From assembly GCA_963695225.1 (NCBI GenBank), contig OY968762.1, positions 672,001-736,000 on the forward strand: 64,000 bases of DNA, read 5' to 3'. Source of the stretch: Vulcanimicrobiota bacterium. GTDB taxonomy: Bacteria; Vulcanimicrobiota; Vulcanimicrobiia; Vulcanimicrobiales; Vulcanimicrobiaceae. Both the position numbers and the translations under genes were made by a program. Below the pieces are notes generated by a model. It did no database searches. It was not told the DNA's origin and saw only the letters and a program-made list of their open reading frames with translations. Shown here one piece after another: positions 1-9,269 of the stretch (positions within the stretch are counted from its first letter, which is position 1; each line of letters starts with the position of its first letter).

Positions 1-349
1 CGGCGAAGCGGTCGATTATGCAGGCAAGACGCGCTGTTGCGGCTTCCACGTCCAACTCGAGAAGGACGGCATCGCGCCGAACATGGTCGGCCAAAACATG
101 CGCATGGCCAAAGACAGCGGTGCGGAGGCCGTACTCACGCCTTGCCCGCTCTGCCATCTCGCGCTGGACGGCTATCAAGCGGATTCGGCCGCGCGCTGGG
201 GGCGCACGGACCTTCCGACGTTCCACTTGCCGCAACTCGTCGCGCTGGCGCTCGGCGTCGACGCGGCGAAGCTCGGCCTCAAGCGGCACATCGTCTCGCC
301 CGGCCACGTGCTGCAAGCGCACCAACTCGCCCCGATGCACGTCGGATGA
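1..349 (+). CDS. CCG-domain protein, heterodisulfide reductase B / SdhE-like (5' partial)
   Basis: Frame +2 is open from the window edge and reads ...KTRCCGFH...VLTPCPLCHLALDGYQ...HLPQLVALALG, the CCG plus CxxC motif of the HdrB/SdhE family. Confidence 0.85.
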   Translation, partial: GEAVDYAGKTRCCGFHVQLEKDGIAPNMVGQNMRMAKDSGAEAVLTPCPLCHLALDGYQADSAARWGRTDLPTFHLPQLVALALGVDAAKLGLKRHIVSPGHVLQAHQLAPMHVG

Positions 350-438
350 AGTAACTACTTCCGCATCGCGCGCGCTCGCGCACGCTTCCGACTTTCGACG
401 CTAGCATGCTGCGATGTTCCATGGTAGAGTCGGCGGGC

Positions 439-1632
439 ATGGGAGCGAAGGCAAGCCAGCGGCTGCTCGTCATAGGGCAGCCGCTTTTTCTTCAGAGATT
501 GCATCCGCTGACCGACGAGCTCGCACGGAGGGTCGGCGCGCTCGACGTCACGGCGATCGAGCCGCCCGGAGCCGAACGGACGCGACGGTTCGTGCGCCCG
601 CTCCGCGGAGCTTGGCGGCGGGCAAAGTCGACGTTCCCGCTCGCCGCTTCGCTTGCGAGCGCGTATCGGGCGAGATCGCAGGGTCCCGCAGCCTTCCTCG
701 CACGGAGCGAACGAGCGCGGCGAGCGATCCTGGAGCGAACGCCCGAACCCGACGTCGTCCTTCAGATCTTCTCGCTTTTTTCGGCGCACTATCGCGGCGC
801 GCGCTTCCGGCACGCCGCGTACTTGGACTACACGACCGCGCTCGCGCGGCGGCGCTGGCCGGCGTGGGCCCGAGCGGACTCCGAGGCGGAGTTTGACGCC
901 TGGCTCGAACTCGAGCGAGCGCTCTACCGCGGGGCGGCCAGGCTCTTCCCGGCGAGCGAGGTGGTGAGGGACTCCCTCGTGAGGGACTACGGTGCCGAGC
1001 CGCACCGCATCACGGTCGTCGGCGCCTCGGGAGAGTTCTCCGAGCCGTACTCCGGAACGAAGGCGTACGGGACTCAGCGCCTGATCTTCAACGGTTCCGA
1101 TTTCTCGCGCAAACGCGGCGACCTCGTCGTGGCCGCGTTCGAGCAAGTGCGCAGCACCTTTCCCGCGGCGACGCTGACGGTCGTGGGAGACTGTCCGTGT
1201 CCGCGCCGGCCGGGCATCGACGTCCGCGGCGCCGTCGCGCGTCCGGAACTGGACCGTCTGCTCGGCTCGGCGGACGTACTGCTGGCGCCGAGCGATTGCG
1301 ATCCGTTCCCGGGCTTCGTGATCGAGGGGATGAACTTCGGAGCCGTCCCGATCGTCTCCGCAGCCGACGGCCTTCCCGAGATCGTTCGGCAGGGCGAGAC
1401 CGGCTTCGTCGTCCCGGAACCGACGCCCGAGAGCCTCGCCGGCCACGTCAAAACCTTGTTCGCGGACCCCGATCTCCAGCGCCGGATGTCCGACGCGAGC
1501 CGCCGCCGCGTCGCGGAACGCTTCCTCTGGTCGCACGTCGCCGGCGCGATCGTGTCGACCCTCGAACTCGCGGGAGCAGCGGCCGGGCGCGAAGGGATCC
1601 CGAGCGCGGCGCAAGGCGTGCCGGCGACGTGA
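439..1632 (+). CDS. Glycosyltransferase family 4 (GT-B)
   Basis: RKRGD and SDCDPFPGFVIEGMNFGAVPIVS...GLPEIVRQGETG match the GT4 C-terminal motif. Start set at ATG 439, 7 nt after TAGAGT; ATG 406 and 421 are alternatives. Confidence 0.85.
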   Translation: MGAKASQRLLVIGQPLFLQRLHPLTDELARRVGALDVTAIEPPGAERTRRFVRPLRGAWRRAKSTFPLAASLASAYRARSQGPAAFLARSERARRAILERTPEPDVVLQIFSLFSAHYRGARFRHAAYLDYTTALARRRWPAWARADSEAEFDAWLELERALYRGAARLFPASEVVRDSLVRDYGAEPHRITVVGASGEFSEPYSGTKAYGTQRLIFNGSDFSRKRGDLVVAAFEQVRSTFPAATLTVVGDCPCPRRPGIDVRGAVARPELDRLLGSADVLLAPSDCDPFPGFVIEGMNFGAVPIVSAADGLPEIVRQGETGFVVPEPTPESLAGHVKTLFADPDLQRRMSDASRRRVAERFLWSHVAGAIVSTLELAGAAAGREGIPSAAQGVPAT

Positions 1633-2330
1633 GCCCGGCGGCCACCGTCGAGATTTGGAGCGCCGATCTCTCCCGGTTCCCCGGTCCCGTGGAGCACCTC
1701 GTCGAGCGCCTCTCCGAAGACGAGCGGGACCGGCTCGAATCCCGGCGCGGGCCCGGCGTGCGGCGGCTCTTCCTGCTGCGCCGGGCGATGCTGCGCCGAA
1801 TCCTCTGTCCGGATCGGAACGCGGCCTCGCCCTTCGACTATGGGCCGCATGGGAAGCCCTCGCTCGCCGGGCCCGGCGCGCCCCGCTTCAACCTCTCGCA
1901 TGCCGGGGGGTTCAGCGTTCTCGCCCTCTGGCGCGGAGGTGAAATCGGCGTCGACGTCGCGCTCGAGGAGGACTTGCCGGACCTGGACCGCCTCGTCACG
2001 CGCGCGTTCGGTCGCGACGAGCGGGCGCGCTTCGAGGAGCTGCCGCCGAGCCTCCGTCTGGGGGCCTTCTACAGCGCCTGGACGCAGAAGGAGGCGCTCC
2101 TCAAAGCCCTCGGCACGGGCCTCTCGCTCGAACCGGACCTCTTCGCCGTCGAGGTCGATCCGCGCGCCGCGCCGCGGTTGCGCTCCTCGCTCACGCCCTT
2201 GCTCCTCCCCGAGCGCTGGGAACTCCACGCCCTTTCGCTTCCCAGCCCCTATCGCGGCGCGCTGGCGCTCGAAGGCGGCGCGCACGCCACGCTGCGCTAC
2301 CTCCCGTTCGACGTGCTCTCCCTCGCGTAG
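1629..2330 (+). CDS. Sfp-type 4'-phosphopantetheinyl transferase
   Basis: Motifs HGKP, FNLSH, IGVDV and WTQKEALLKALGTGL. The GTG start overlaps the GT4 stop (GTGA). Confidence 0.92.
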   Translation: MSPAATVEIWSADLSRFPGPVEHLVERLSEDERDRLESRRGPGVRRLFLLRRAMLRRILCPDRNAASPFDYGPHGKPSLAGPGAPRFNLSHAGGFSVLALWRGGEIGVDVALEEDLPDLDRLVTRAFGRDERARFEELPPSLRLGAFYSAWTQKEALLKALGTGLSLEPDLFAVEVDPRAAPRLRSSLTPLLLPERWELHALSLPSPYRGALALEGGAHATLRYLPFDVLSLA

Positions 2331-2417
2331 CAACGCCGGACCACCCTCGGCCCATAGGTCGAACGAACCAGCCTCGCCAACGAAGGAATCTGTTTCCCGA
2401 CCGGACGCTGCGCTAGC

Positions 2418-5400
2418 ATGGAGGGCGTGGGAGTGACGGAACGGCGTTCCTTTTCAAGGCCGCTTGGGCAGCGCTTATGGGGCGATGCCCCACGCGCGAT
2501 TCCGCCGTTGCTCGCCGCCCCGGCTCAGGCGATCTATCCGCTCACTCAAGGGCAAGAACAGCTCTGGATCGTCGACGTTCTCGGCGGCAACCGATCCGTC
2601 TACAACGTCTGTCAGGCCTATGCGCTGCGCGGCGAACTCGACACTGCGGCGTTGCGGCGCGCCCTTGCGGCCCTCGTCGAGCGGCATCAATCGCTGCGCT
2701 TGCGCTTCGTCGAACGGGACGGGCGCCCCATCATGTCGGTCGACCCGTCCGCGACCCTCACGCTCGCCGAAGTCGACTTACGGCGGCGCGCGAGCGAACT
2801 GGCGGTGCGGTTAGATTCGGAGGCGCGCGCGCCGTTCGATTTGGGACGGGCGCCGCTTCTGCGCGTGACGCTGTATCGTCTGGGCGAGGCCGAGTACGCG
2901 CTGCAGTTCACCTCGCAGCACTTGATCGAAGACGGCGCGACGCGCGGCACGATCGCGCGGGATCTCGGCCGCCTCTACGAGGAAATCGCCTTGGGAGGAC
3001 CGCCGCTCGCGCCGCTCGCGCTGCAATTCGGCGATTTCGCGTTGTGGCAGCGTGCCGTCCTCGAAGGTGAAGCGCTCGAGAAGCAGCGCGCCTTCTGGCG
3101 CGACGCGCTCGCGCTCCCGCGCGGCTATGCGGAGTTCCCGGCGGATCGCCCGCGAGGAGCCGTCGACGATCATCGCGGCGCGCGGTATCGGCACCAGATC
3201 GACGCTCGAACGCTCGAGCGAGTCCGCGCGCTCGGCCGCGCGCACGGCGCATCGACGTTCATGACGCTCGCCGCCGCCTACCTCGCGCTCCTCCACCGCT
3301 ATAGCGGCGAAACCGATACGATCGTCGGCTTCCCGACTGCCGGGCGAATGCTCCCGGAAACGGCCCCCATCGCCGGCTGCTTCGTGAACACCCTCGCATT
3401 GCGCGCGGACTTCTCCGGCGATCCCACGTTTCGCGCCCACCTCGAACGCGTGCGCGATTTCGCCCTCGAAGCGTACGATAACCAAGACCTGCCCTTCAAC
3501 CGGATCATCGAGGATCTCGGAGGCGATCGGAGTCTCGCCCGCGCTCCGCTCTTCTCGACCATGATCTCGCTCGTCGAACGGGACCGCGGGACGCTGGCCC
3601 TCCCCGGGCTCGAGGTCACCCCGCTCGAGGTCGACGCCGGCGTCGCAGTCTCGGATCTCCGGCTCGAACTCCGCGAAGCGGCGGGCGGCCTCTCCGCCTT
3701 CTTCGAGTACAACCGGGCGCTCTTCGAGCGCGCCACGGTCGCGCGAATCGCGCGTCACTTCGAAGCCCTGCTGCGCGCGGTCCTGGACGACCCGGACCTG
3801 CCGGTCTCGCGCGTCCGGCTCCTCGACGAAGCCGAGCGGGGCGCGATCCTCGCCCTCGGCTCCGGGGATTTCCAGACGTCTTCTCCGGTGCGGCCGTTCC
3901 ACGAGCTCTTCGAAGAGCAAGCGGCTCGAACGCCTGACCGGCTCGCACTCGAATTCGGCGACGAGCGCCTCGATTATCGCGAGCTCGATGCGCGCGCGAA
4001 CGCCCTGGCGCGCGAATTGCGCGATGCCGGAGCCGCGCCGGGCTCCGTCGTCGGCGCGTGCTTTGAGCGGTCGACCGAGTTGCTCGTCGCGTTGCTCGCC
4101 ATCCTCAAAGCGGGCGCCGCGTTCTTGCCGCTCGACACCTCGCTTCCGGGCGAACGCGTGCGCTTCATGCTGGAAGAGACCGGGTCGAAGATCGTCCTAG
4201 CGCGGCGGGCCGAGAGCGCGCGCCTGGCCGGGATCGATGCGACGCTCCTGCTCGTCGATGCGCGCCCGCCCGATGCGGGCCCCACGCCGAATGCCGGGAA
4301 CCTCGGCATCCGCCTCGAGCCCGAGGCACTCGCCTACGTGCTCTATACATCCGGCTCGACGGGCCGCCCCAAGGGCGTGCTGCTGCCGCAGCGAGCATTC
4401 TCGAATCATATGCTCTGGATGCGCGACGCGGGCCTCGTACGCGCGGACGATCGTGCCTTGCAGAAGACGCCGATCGGCTTCGACGTCGCACTCTGGGAGT
4501 GTTTCGCTCCGCTGCTCGCGGGCGCGTGCGTCGTGCTCGCCGATCCGGACGCGCACAAGGACCCGGCTGCAATCGTCGAGGCGATCATCGAACGCCGCAT
4601 TACCGTCACGAGCTTCGTCCCCGCGATGCTGCGGCTCGTCGTCGAAGATCCGCGTTTGCCGGAATGCGAAACCCTCCGGCGCGTCCTTTCGGCCGGGGAG
4701 GCGCTGCCGCTCGAGGTCGCGCGCCGCTTCGCCGAGCGTTCCGGGGCGGAGCTGCACAATCTCTACGGCCCGACGGAGACGACGATCCACTCGACGGCAT
4801 GGCTCTTCGATCCGAACGCCGAGCGGGTGCTGATCGGACGGCCGATCTCCCGTACCGTCGCCTACGTCCTCGACGCCTGGGGCGAGCCCGCGCCGCTGGG
4901 CGTCGCGGGAGAGCTCTGCATCGGCGGAGCCGGCGTCGCATTGGGGTATCTCGCCCGCCCGGAGCTGACCGCCGCAGCGTTCGTCGACGACAGGTTCGCA
5001 GGCGCCGGGAAGCTGTACCGGACCGGGGACCGCGCGCGCATGCTGCCGGACGGAAACCTGGAGTATCTGGGCCGGCGCGACCGGCAAGTGAAGCTGCGGG
5101 GCTTGCGTATCGAACCCGGCGAGATCGAGTCGGTGCTGGCGGCCCATCCGGGCGTCAGCGAAGCGGCGGTCGTCGTCTACGAGCTCGCCGAAGCCGGCCC
5201 GACGCTCGCGGCCTACGTCGCGATGCGCTCGGGCGCGACGCTCGACGCGAAAGCGTTACGTGCCCACGCGGCGGAACGGCTCCCCGATTACATGCTGCCG
5301 GCCCTGTGGACGCCGCTCGCCGCCTTGCCGAAGACGACCGGCGGGAAGATCGACTATCGGGCGTTTCCGCCCCCGGCGGGCATCGCAAGCGCGAACGGCG

Positions 5401-5780
5401 ACCCGCCGCAGGGCGCCACGGAGTGCGCGATCGCCGAGGTCTGGAGCGAGTTGCTCGGGCGGAACGACGTAGGTAGAGGCGAGAGCTTCTTCGCCCTCGG
5501 CGGCCATTCGCTGCTCGCGATGCGGGCTCTGTCGCGCATTAACCAGCGCTTCGGCGTGACGCTCGGGTTCGCCGCGTTCTTTCGGGAGCCGACGATCGCG
5601 GCGCTCGGCGCCGAGATCGCGCGTCTGCTGGCAAGTGCGACCGCGCCGGACTCCTCCGAAAACGAACGGATCGAGGAGCTGCTCGATCCGGCGGAGCTTG
5701 CCGAGATCCGCGCGCAACTCGCGCAGCTCGACGACGACGCGATCGAGACGCTTCTGCTGCAAGCGCTCGGCGAAACCTGA
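2418..5780 (+). CDS. NRPS module C-A-T (NRPS1) with acidic C-terminal docking-like segment
   Basis: C motif QHLIEDG; A motifs YTSGSTGRPKG, NLYGPTE, YRTGD; T motif FFALGGHSLL. The start may be GTG 2427. Confidence 0.95.
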   Translation: MEGVGVTERRSFSRPLGQRLWGDAPRAIPPLLAAPAQAIYPLTQGQEQLWIVDVLGGNRSVYNVCQAYALRGELDTAALRRALAALVERHQSLRLRFVERDGRPIMSVDPSATLTLAEVDLRRRASELAVRLDSEARAPFDLGRAPLLRVTLYRLGEAEYALQFTSQHLIEDGATRGTIARDLGRLYEEIALGGPPLAPLALQFGDFALWQRAVLEGEALEKQRAFWRDALALPRGYAEFPADRPRGAVDDHRGARYRHQIDARTLERVRALGRAHGASTFMTLAAAYLALLHRYSGETDTIVGFPTAGRMLPETAPIAGCFVNTLALRADFSGDPTFRAHLERVRDFALEAYDNQDLPFNRIIEDLGGDRSLARAPLFSTMISLVERDRGTLALPGLEVTPLEVDAGVAVSDLRLELREAAGGLSAFFEYNRALFERATVARIARHFEALLRAVLDDPDLPVSRVRLLDEAERGAILALGSGDFQTSSPVRPFHELFEEQAARTPDRLALEFGDERLDYRELDARANALARELRDAGAAPGSVVGACFERSTELLVALLAILKAGAAFLPLDTSLPGERVRFMLEETGSKIVLARRAESARLAGIDATLLLVDARPPDAGPTPNAGNLGIRLEPEALAYVLYTSGSTGRPKGVLLPQRAFSNHMLWMRDAGLVRADDRALQKTPIGFDVALWECFAPLLAGACVVLADPDAHKDPAAIVEAIIERRITVTSFVPAMLRLVVEDPRLPECETLRRVLSAGEALPLEVARRFAERSGAELHNLYGPTETTIHSTAWLFDPNAERVLIGRPISRTVAYVLDAWGEPAPLGVAGELCIGGAGVALGYLARPELTAAAFVDDRFAGAGKLYRTGDRARMLPDGNLEYLGRRDRQVKLRGLRIEPGEIESVLAAHPGVSEAAVVVYELAEAGPTLAAYVAMRSGATLDAKALRAHAAERLPDYMLPALWTPLAALPKTTGGKIDYRAFPPPAGIASANGDPPQGATECAIAEVWSELLGRNDVGRGESFFALGGHSLLAMRALSRINQRFGVTLGFAAFFREPTIAALGAEIARLLASATAPDSSENERIEELLDPAELAEIRAQLAQLDDDAIETLLLQALGET

Positions 5781-5900
5781 ACTCAGCGGGGCACGTGGCC
5801 GCCTGCCCGTGGGACTTCGGGCCCTCGCGGGCCCGTGTGAGAAAAGTTAGGATCGGCTTACTGTCGCACCTTTGGGGATAGGATGTTCCGGGGGAGGCTC

Positions 5901-8900
5901 ATGGTAGGCACCGTCGATTTTCCTACCTCGTTCTCACAAGAGCGGCTGTGGGTTCTCCAACACTTGGAACCTGGCGGGCGCGCGTATCAATTCCAGGCCT
6001 CCTTGACCTTCGACGGCGCGCTCGACGCCGAGGCGCTCGAGAGCAGCCTGCGCGACATCGTGCAACGGCACGACATCTTCCGCACGACCTTCCCCGGAAT
6101 CGACGGCCGTCCCGTTCAGCGCGTTCATGCCGACGCGCCGTTCGAACTTCCGCTCGTCGACCTTTCGGCATTCTCCTCGGAATCCGAAGTTCAAGCGCGC
6201 CTCCAAGCCGCGATCGCCGCCGAGGTAGAACGGCCATTCGATATCGAACGCCTTCCGCTCGTCCGCTGGACGCTCGTTCGCATCCGCCCCGACCGGCACG
6301 TCCTCACGCACGTCGAGCATCACCTCATCCACGACGGCTGGTCCTTCTACGTCTTCCTCGACGAATTGGCGACTCTCTATCGAGCGCACGCGAGCGGCGA
6401 ACGAGCGGTTCTGCCGCCGCTGGGGCTCACTTTCGGGGAGGTAGCGGCGCGCATGCGCTGTGCCGAAGAAACCCAGGCCTTCGCGGGGCAGCTCGCCTAT
6501 TGGCGCGGGCGCCTCGCCGGCGCGCAGCCCGCACTACAGCTTCCGGCCGACCGGATCCGCCCCGCGGTCCAGACGTACGAAGGCGCCTCGGTTTGGAGCG
6601 AAATCCCGCAAACGCTGCGGGCTTCGCTGTCGACCCTCGGGCAGCGGGAAGGCTGCACGCCGTTCATGACGATGTTCGCCGCCTTCACGGCGCTGCTCCA
6701 TCGATACACCGGCGAAAGCGATCTGTGCGTCGGGACCGGCGTCGCGGCGCGGGGTCCCGGGGAGGAACGCGCGCTCGGGATGCTCGTCAACAACGTCACG
6801 CTTCGGACGGATCTCTCCGGCGATCCCACGTTCGTCGAGTTGCTGCGGCGAGTTCGCACGACGACGCTCGATGCGTACGATCATCAAGACGTCCCCTTCG
6901 ATCGCGTCGTTCGAGCGGTCCGCCCGGTGCGGGACCGCGCGATCCACCCTCTCTATTCGGTCATGTTCAGCTTCCACGACAGTCCGGCGCCCGACTTGAG
7001 CGTCCCGGGTGCGACCGTAACGCTCACGCAAGCGCTCGATAACGACACGGCGAAGTTCGACCTCAACGTCATCGCGATTCCGAAGCCGAGCGGTTTGACG
7101 CTCCGCTGGGAATACAACAGCGATATCTTCGATCGCGAAACGATCTCCGCGCTGGCCGAGCATTATCGCCGTCTGCTCGAATCGATCCTCGACGAGCCCG
7201 ACCGCCGCATCTCGCGCCTCTCGCTGATGGGCGAAACCGAACGCCGCCGCATCCTCGACCTGCGCGGCGCGCAACGCCCATACGAACGCGACGGAAACGT
7301 TCCCGCGCTCTTCGCGCGGCAGGCGGCGAGCACGCCGCATGCGACGGCCCTCGAAACCGAGCAGGCCGCACTGACGTACGCGGAACTCGAAGAGCGCGCG
7401 AACCGGCTCGCGAACCACCTGCGCGCGCTCGGCGTCGGGCCGGAAACGACCGTGGGGCTCGCGCTCGAGCGCAGCGCCGAGATGGTCGTTGCGATTCTCG
7501 GGATCCTCAAGGCCGGCGGAGCGTATGTCCCGCTCGACGCGAGCTATCCGCGCGAACGGCTCTCGTTCATCCTGCGCGATTCCGGCGCGCGGTACATCGT
7601 CACCGAACGCGCGCTGCGCGAGCGACTACCGGCCGAAGGCGCGTTCGTCCTGAGCGTCGACGAGGACGCCAAGGCGATCGGCGCCGCCGCTTCGGCCGCG
7701 CCCGAGGCCGGTGTCGGCCCGGAATCCCTGGCGTACGTGATGTATACGTCCGGCTCGACGGGGAAGCCGAAGGGCGTCGCCGTCGTCCACCGCGGGATCG
7801 TGCGCCTGGCGCGCGGCACGGATTTCATCGAGATCGAACCGGACGACGTCTTCCTGCAACTCGCCCCGCTGGGCTTCGACGCCTCGACGTTCGAGATCTG
7901 GGGGCCGCTGCTCAACGGCGCGCGCCTCGCGATCGCCCCTGCCGGACCGCGCGGCCTGTTCGAACTCGGGCAGACGCTCGAGCGCTTCGGCGTGACGACG
8001 CTCTGGCTCACGGCCGCACTCTTCCATCAGATGGTCGATACGGATCTCGAGCGGCTGTGCGGCTTGCGCCGCCTGCTCGCCGGAGGCGACGTCGTTTCCC
8101 CCGCCCACGTCCGCCGCTTCCTCCGAGCCCATCCGCGCACGCAGTTCGTCAACGGCTACGGACCGACCGAGAACACGACGTTCAGTTGCTGTTATCCGGT
8201 TCCGTCGCTCGAAGCGGTCTCGGCGAGCCTTCCGATCGGCCGGCCGATTGCGAACTCGACGGCGTACGTGCTCGACCCGCACCGACAACCGCAGCCGCTC
8301 GGCGTCCCGGGCGAACTCTACGTCGGCGGCGACGGCCTTGCGCGCGGCTACGTCAACGCGCCCGCACTCACCGCCGAGCGCTTCGTTTCCGACCCGTTTT
8401 CGGAGGCGCACGATGCCCGGATGTATCGCACGGGAGACCGCGTTCGCTTCCGGCGCGACGGGCTCATCGAGTTCCTCGGGCGCTTGGACAACCAGGTGAA
8501 GATCCGCGGTTTCCGGATCGAGCCCAGCGAAATCGAAGTCGTTCTCCGCGCACACGCGGAAGTGCGCGAGGCGGCCGTCACCGTCGCCGAGCAGGCCGGC
8601 GAACGGACGCTCGTCGCCCACGTCCGGCTGGCTCCGGGTTCGCTCGCCGGCGAAGCGCAACTGCGGGCGTACCTGCGCACGAAGCTCCCCGAATACATGG
8701 TTCCGAGCCGGATCGCGATCGTCGAGCACCTCCCCTCGCATTCCAGCGGGAAGCTCGATCGCGCAGCCCTTTCGCAGATCGCTGCGACGCCGCGCCTCAC
8801 GGGCGCCGCGGACGCGCCGCAAGGCCCTACGGAACTGGCGCTCGCTAAGCTGATCGGCGAACTGCTCGGCCGCGAAACGATCCATCGAGACGACGACATC

Positions 8901-9143
8901 TTCTCGCTCGGGGCACACTCGTTGCTAGGCATGCGCATCGTCGCGCGCATCGCGCAGACGTTCGGCGTCGACCTCGCACTCCGCGACCTCTTCGACCGGC
9001 CGACGGTCGCCGAGCTCGCGAAGAAGATCGACGCCGACGCAAGCGCGCCGCGGGCCGATTCCGCTGCTCCGATCGCGCGGGCCAAGCGGCGCGAGGGGCC
9101 GACGTTCGCGGAGCTCGCGCAGCGCCTCTCAAGACGAAGCTGA
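5901..9143 (+). CDS. NRPS module C-A-T (NRPS2), EHHxxHDG C domain, Val-type A domain
   Basis: EHHLIHDGWS; YTSGSTGKPKG, NGYGPTE, YRTGD; LGAHSLL. GGGGAGG SD precedes ATG 5901. Confidence 0.95.
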   Translation: MVGTVDFPTSFSQERLWVLQHLEPGGRAYQFQASLTFDGALDAEALESSLRDIVQRHDIFRTTFPGIDGRPVQRVHADAPFELPLVDLSAFSSESEVQARLQAAIAAEVERPFDIERLPLVRWTLVRIRPDRHVLTHVEHHLIHDGWSFYVFLDELATLYRAHASGERAVLPPLGLTFGEVAARMRCAEETQAFAGQLAYWRGRLAGAQPALQLPADRIRPAVQTYEGASVWSEIPQTLRASLSTLGQREGCTPFMTMFAAFTALLHRYTGESDLCVGTGVAARGPGEERALGMLVNNVTLRTDLSGDPTFVELLRRVRTTTLDAYDHQDVPFDRVVRAVRPVRDRAIHPLYSVMFSFHDSPAPDLSVPGATVTLTQALDNDTAKFDLNVIAIPKPSGLTLRWEYNSDIFDRETISALAEHYRRLLESILDEPDRRISRLSLMGETERRRILDLRGAQRPYERDGNVPALFARQAASTPHATALETEQAALTYAELEERANRLANHLRALGVGPETTVGLALERSAEMVVAILGILKAGGAYVPLDASYPRERLSFILRDSGARYIVTERALRERLPAEGAFVLSVDEDAKAIGAAASAAPEAGVGPESLAYVMYTSGSTGKPKGVAVVHRGIVRLARGTDFIEIEPDDVFLQLAPLGFDASTFEIWGPLLNGARLAIAPAGPRGLFELGQTLERFGVTTLWLTAALFHQMVDTDLERLCGLRRLLAGGDVVSPAHVRRFLRAHPRTQFVNGYGPTENTTFSCCYPVPSLEAVSASLPIGRPIANSTAYVLDPHRQPQPLGVPGELYVGGDGLARGYVNAPALTAERFVSDPFSEAHDARMYRTGDRVRFRRDGLIEFLGRLDNQVKIRGFRIEPSEIEVVLRAHAEVREAAVTVAEQAGERTLVAHVRLAPGSLAGEAQLRAYLRTKLPEYMVPSRIAIVEHLPSHSSGKLDRAALSQIAATPRLTGAADAPQGPTELALAKLIGELLGRETIHRDDDIFSLGAHSLLGMRIVARIAQTFGVDLALRDLFDRPTVAELAKKIDADASAPRADSAAPIARAKRREGPTFAELAQRLSRRS

Positions 9144-9269
9144 CCGCCTTCTTAGGTGGAAAGGTCCTGGGACCATCGGACCTCGGCCGCTTGTCCTGCC
9201 GGCCCTTGGACGTCTGCGGCGGGAACGAGAGAATGGTGATGGTCCGCAACCCCTTATCATCGGGAATTA

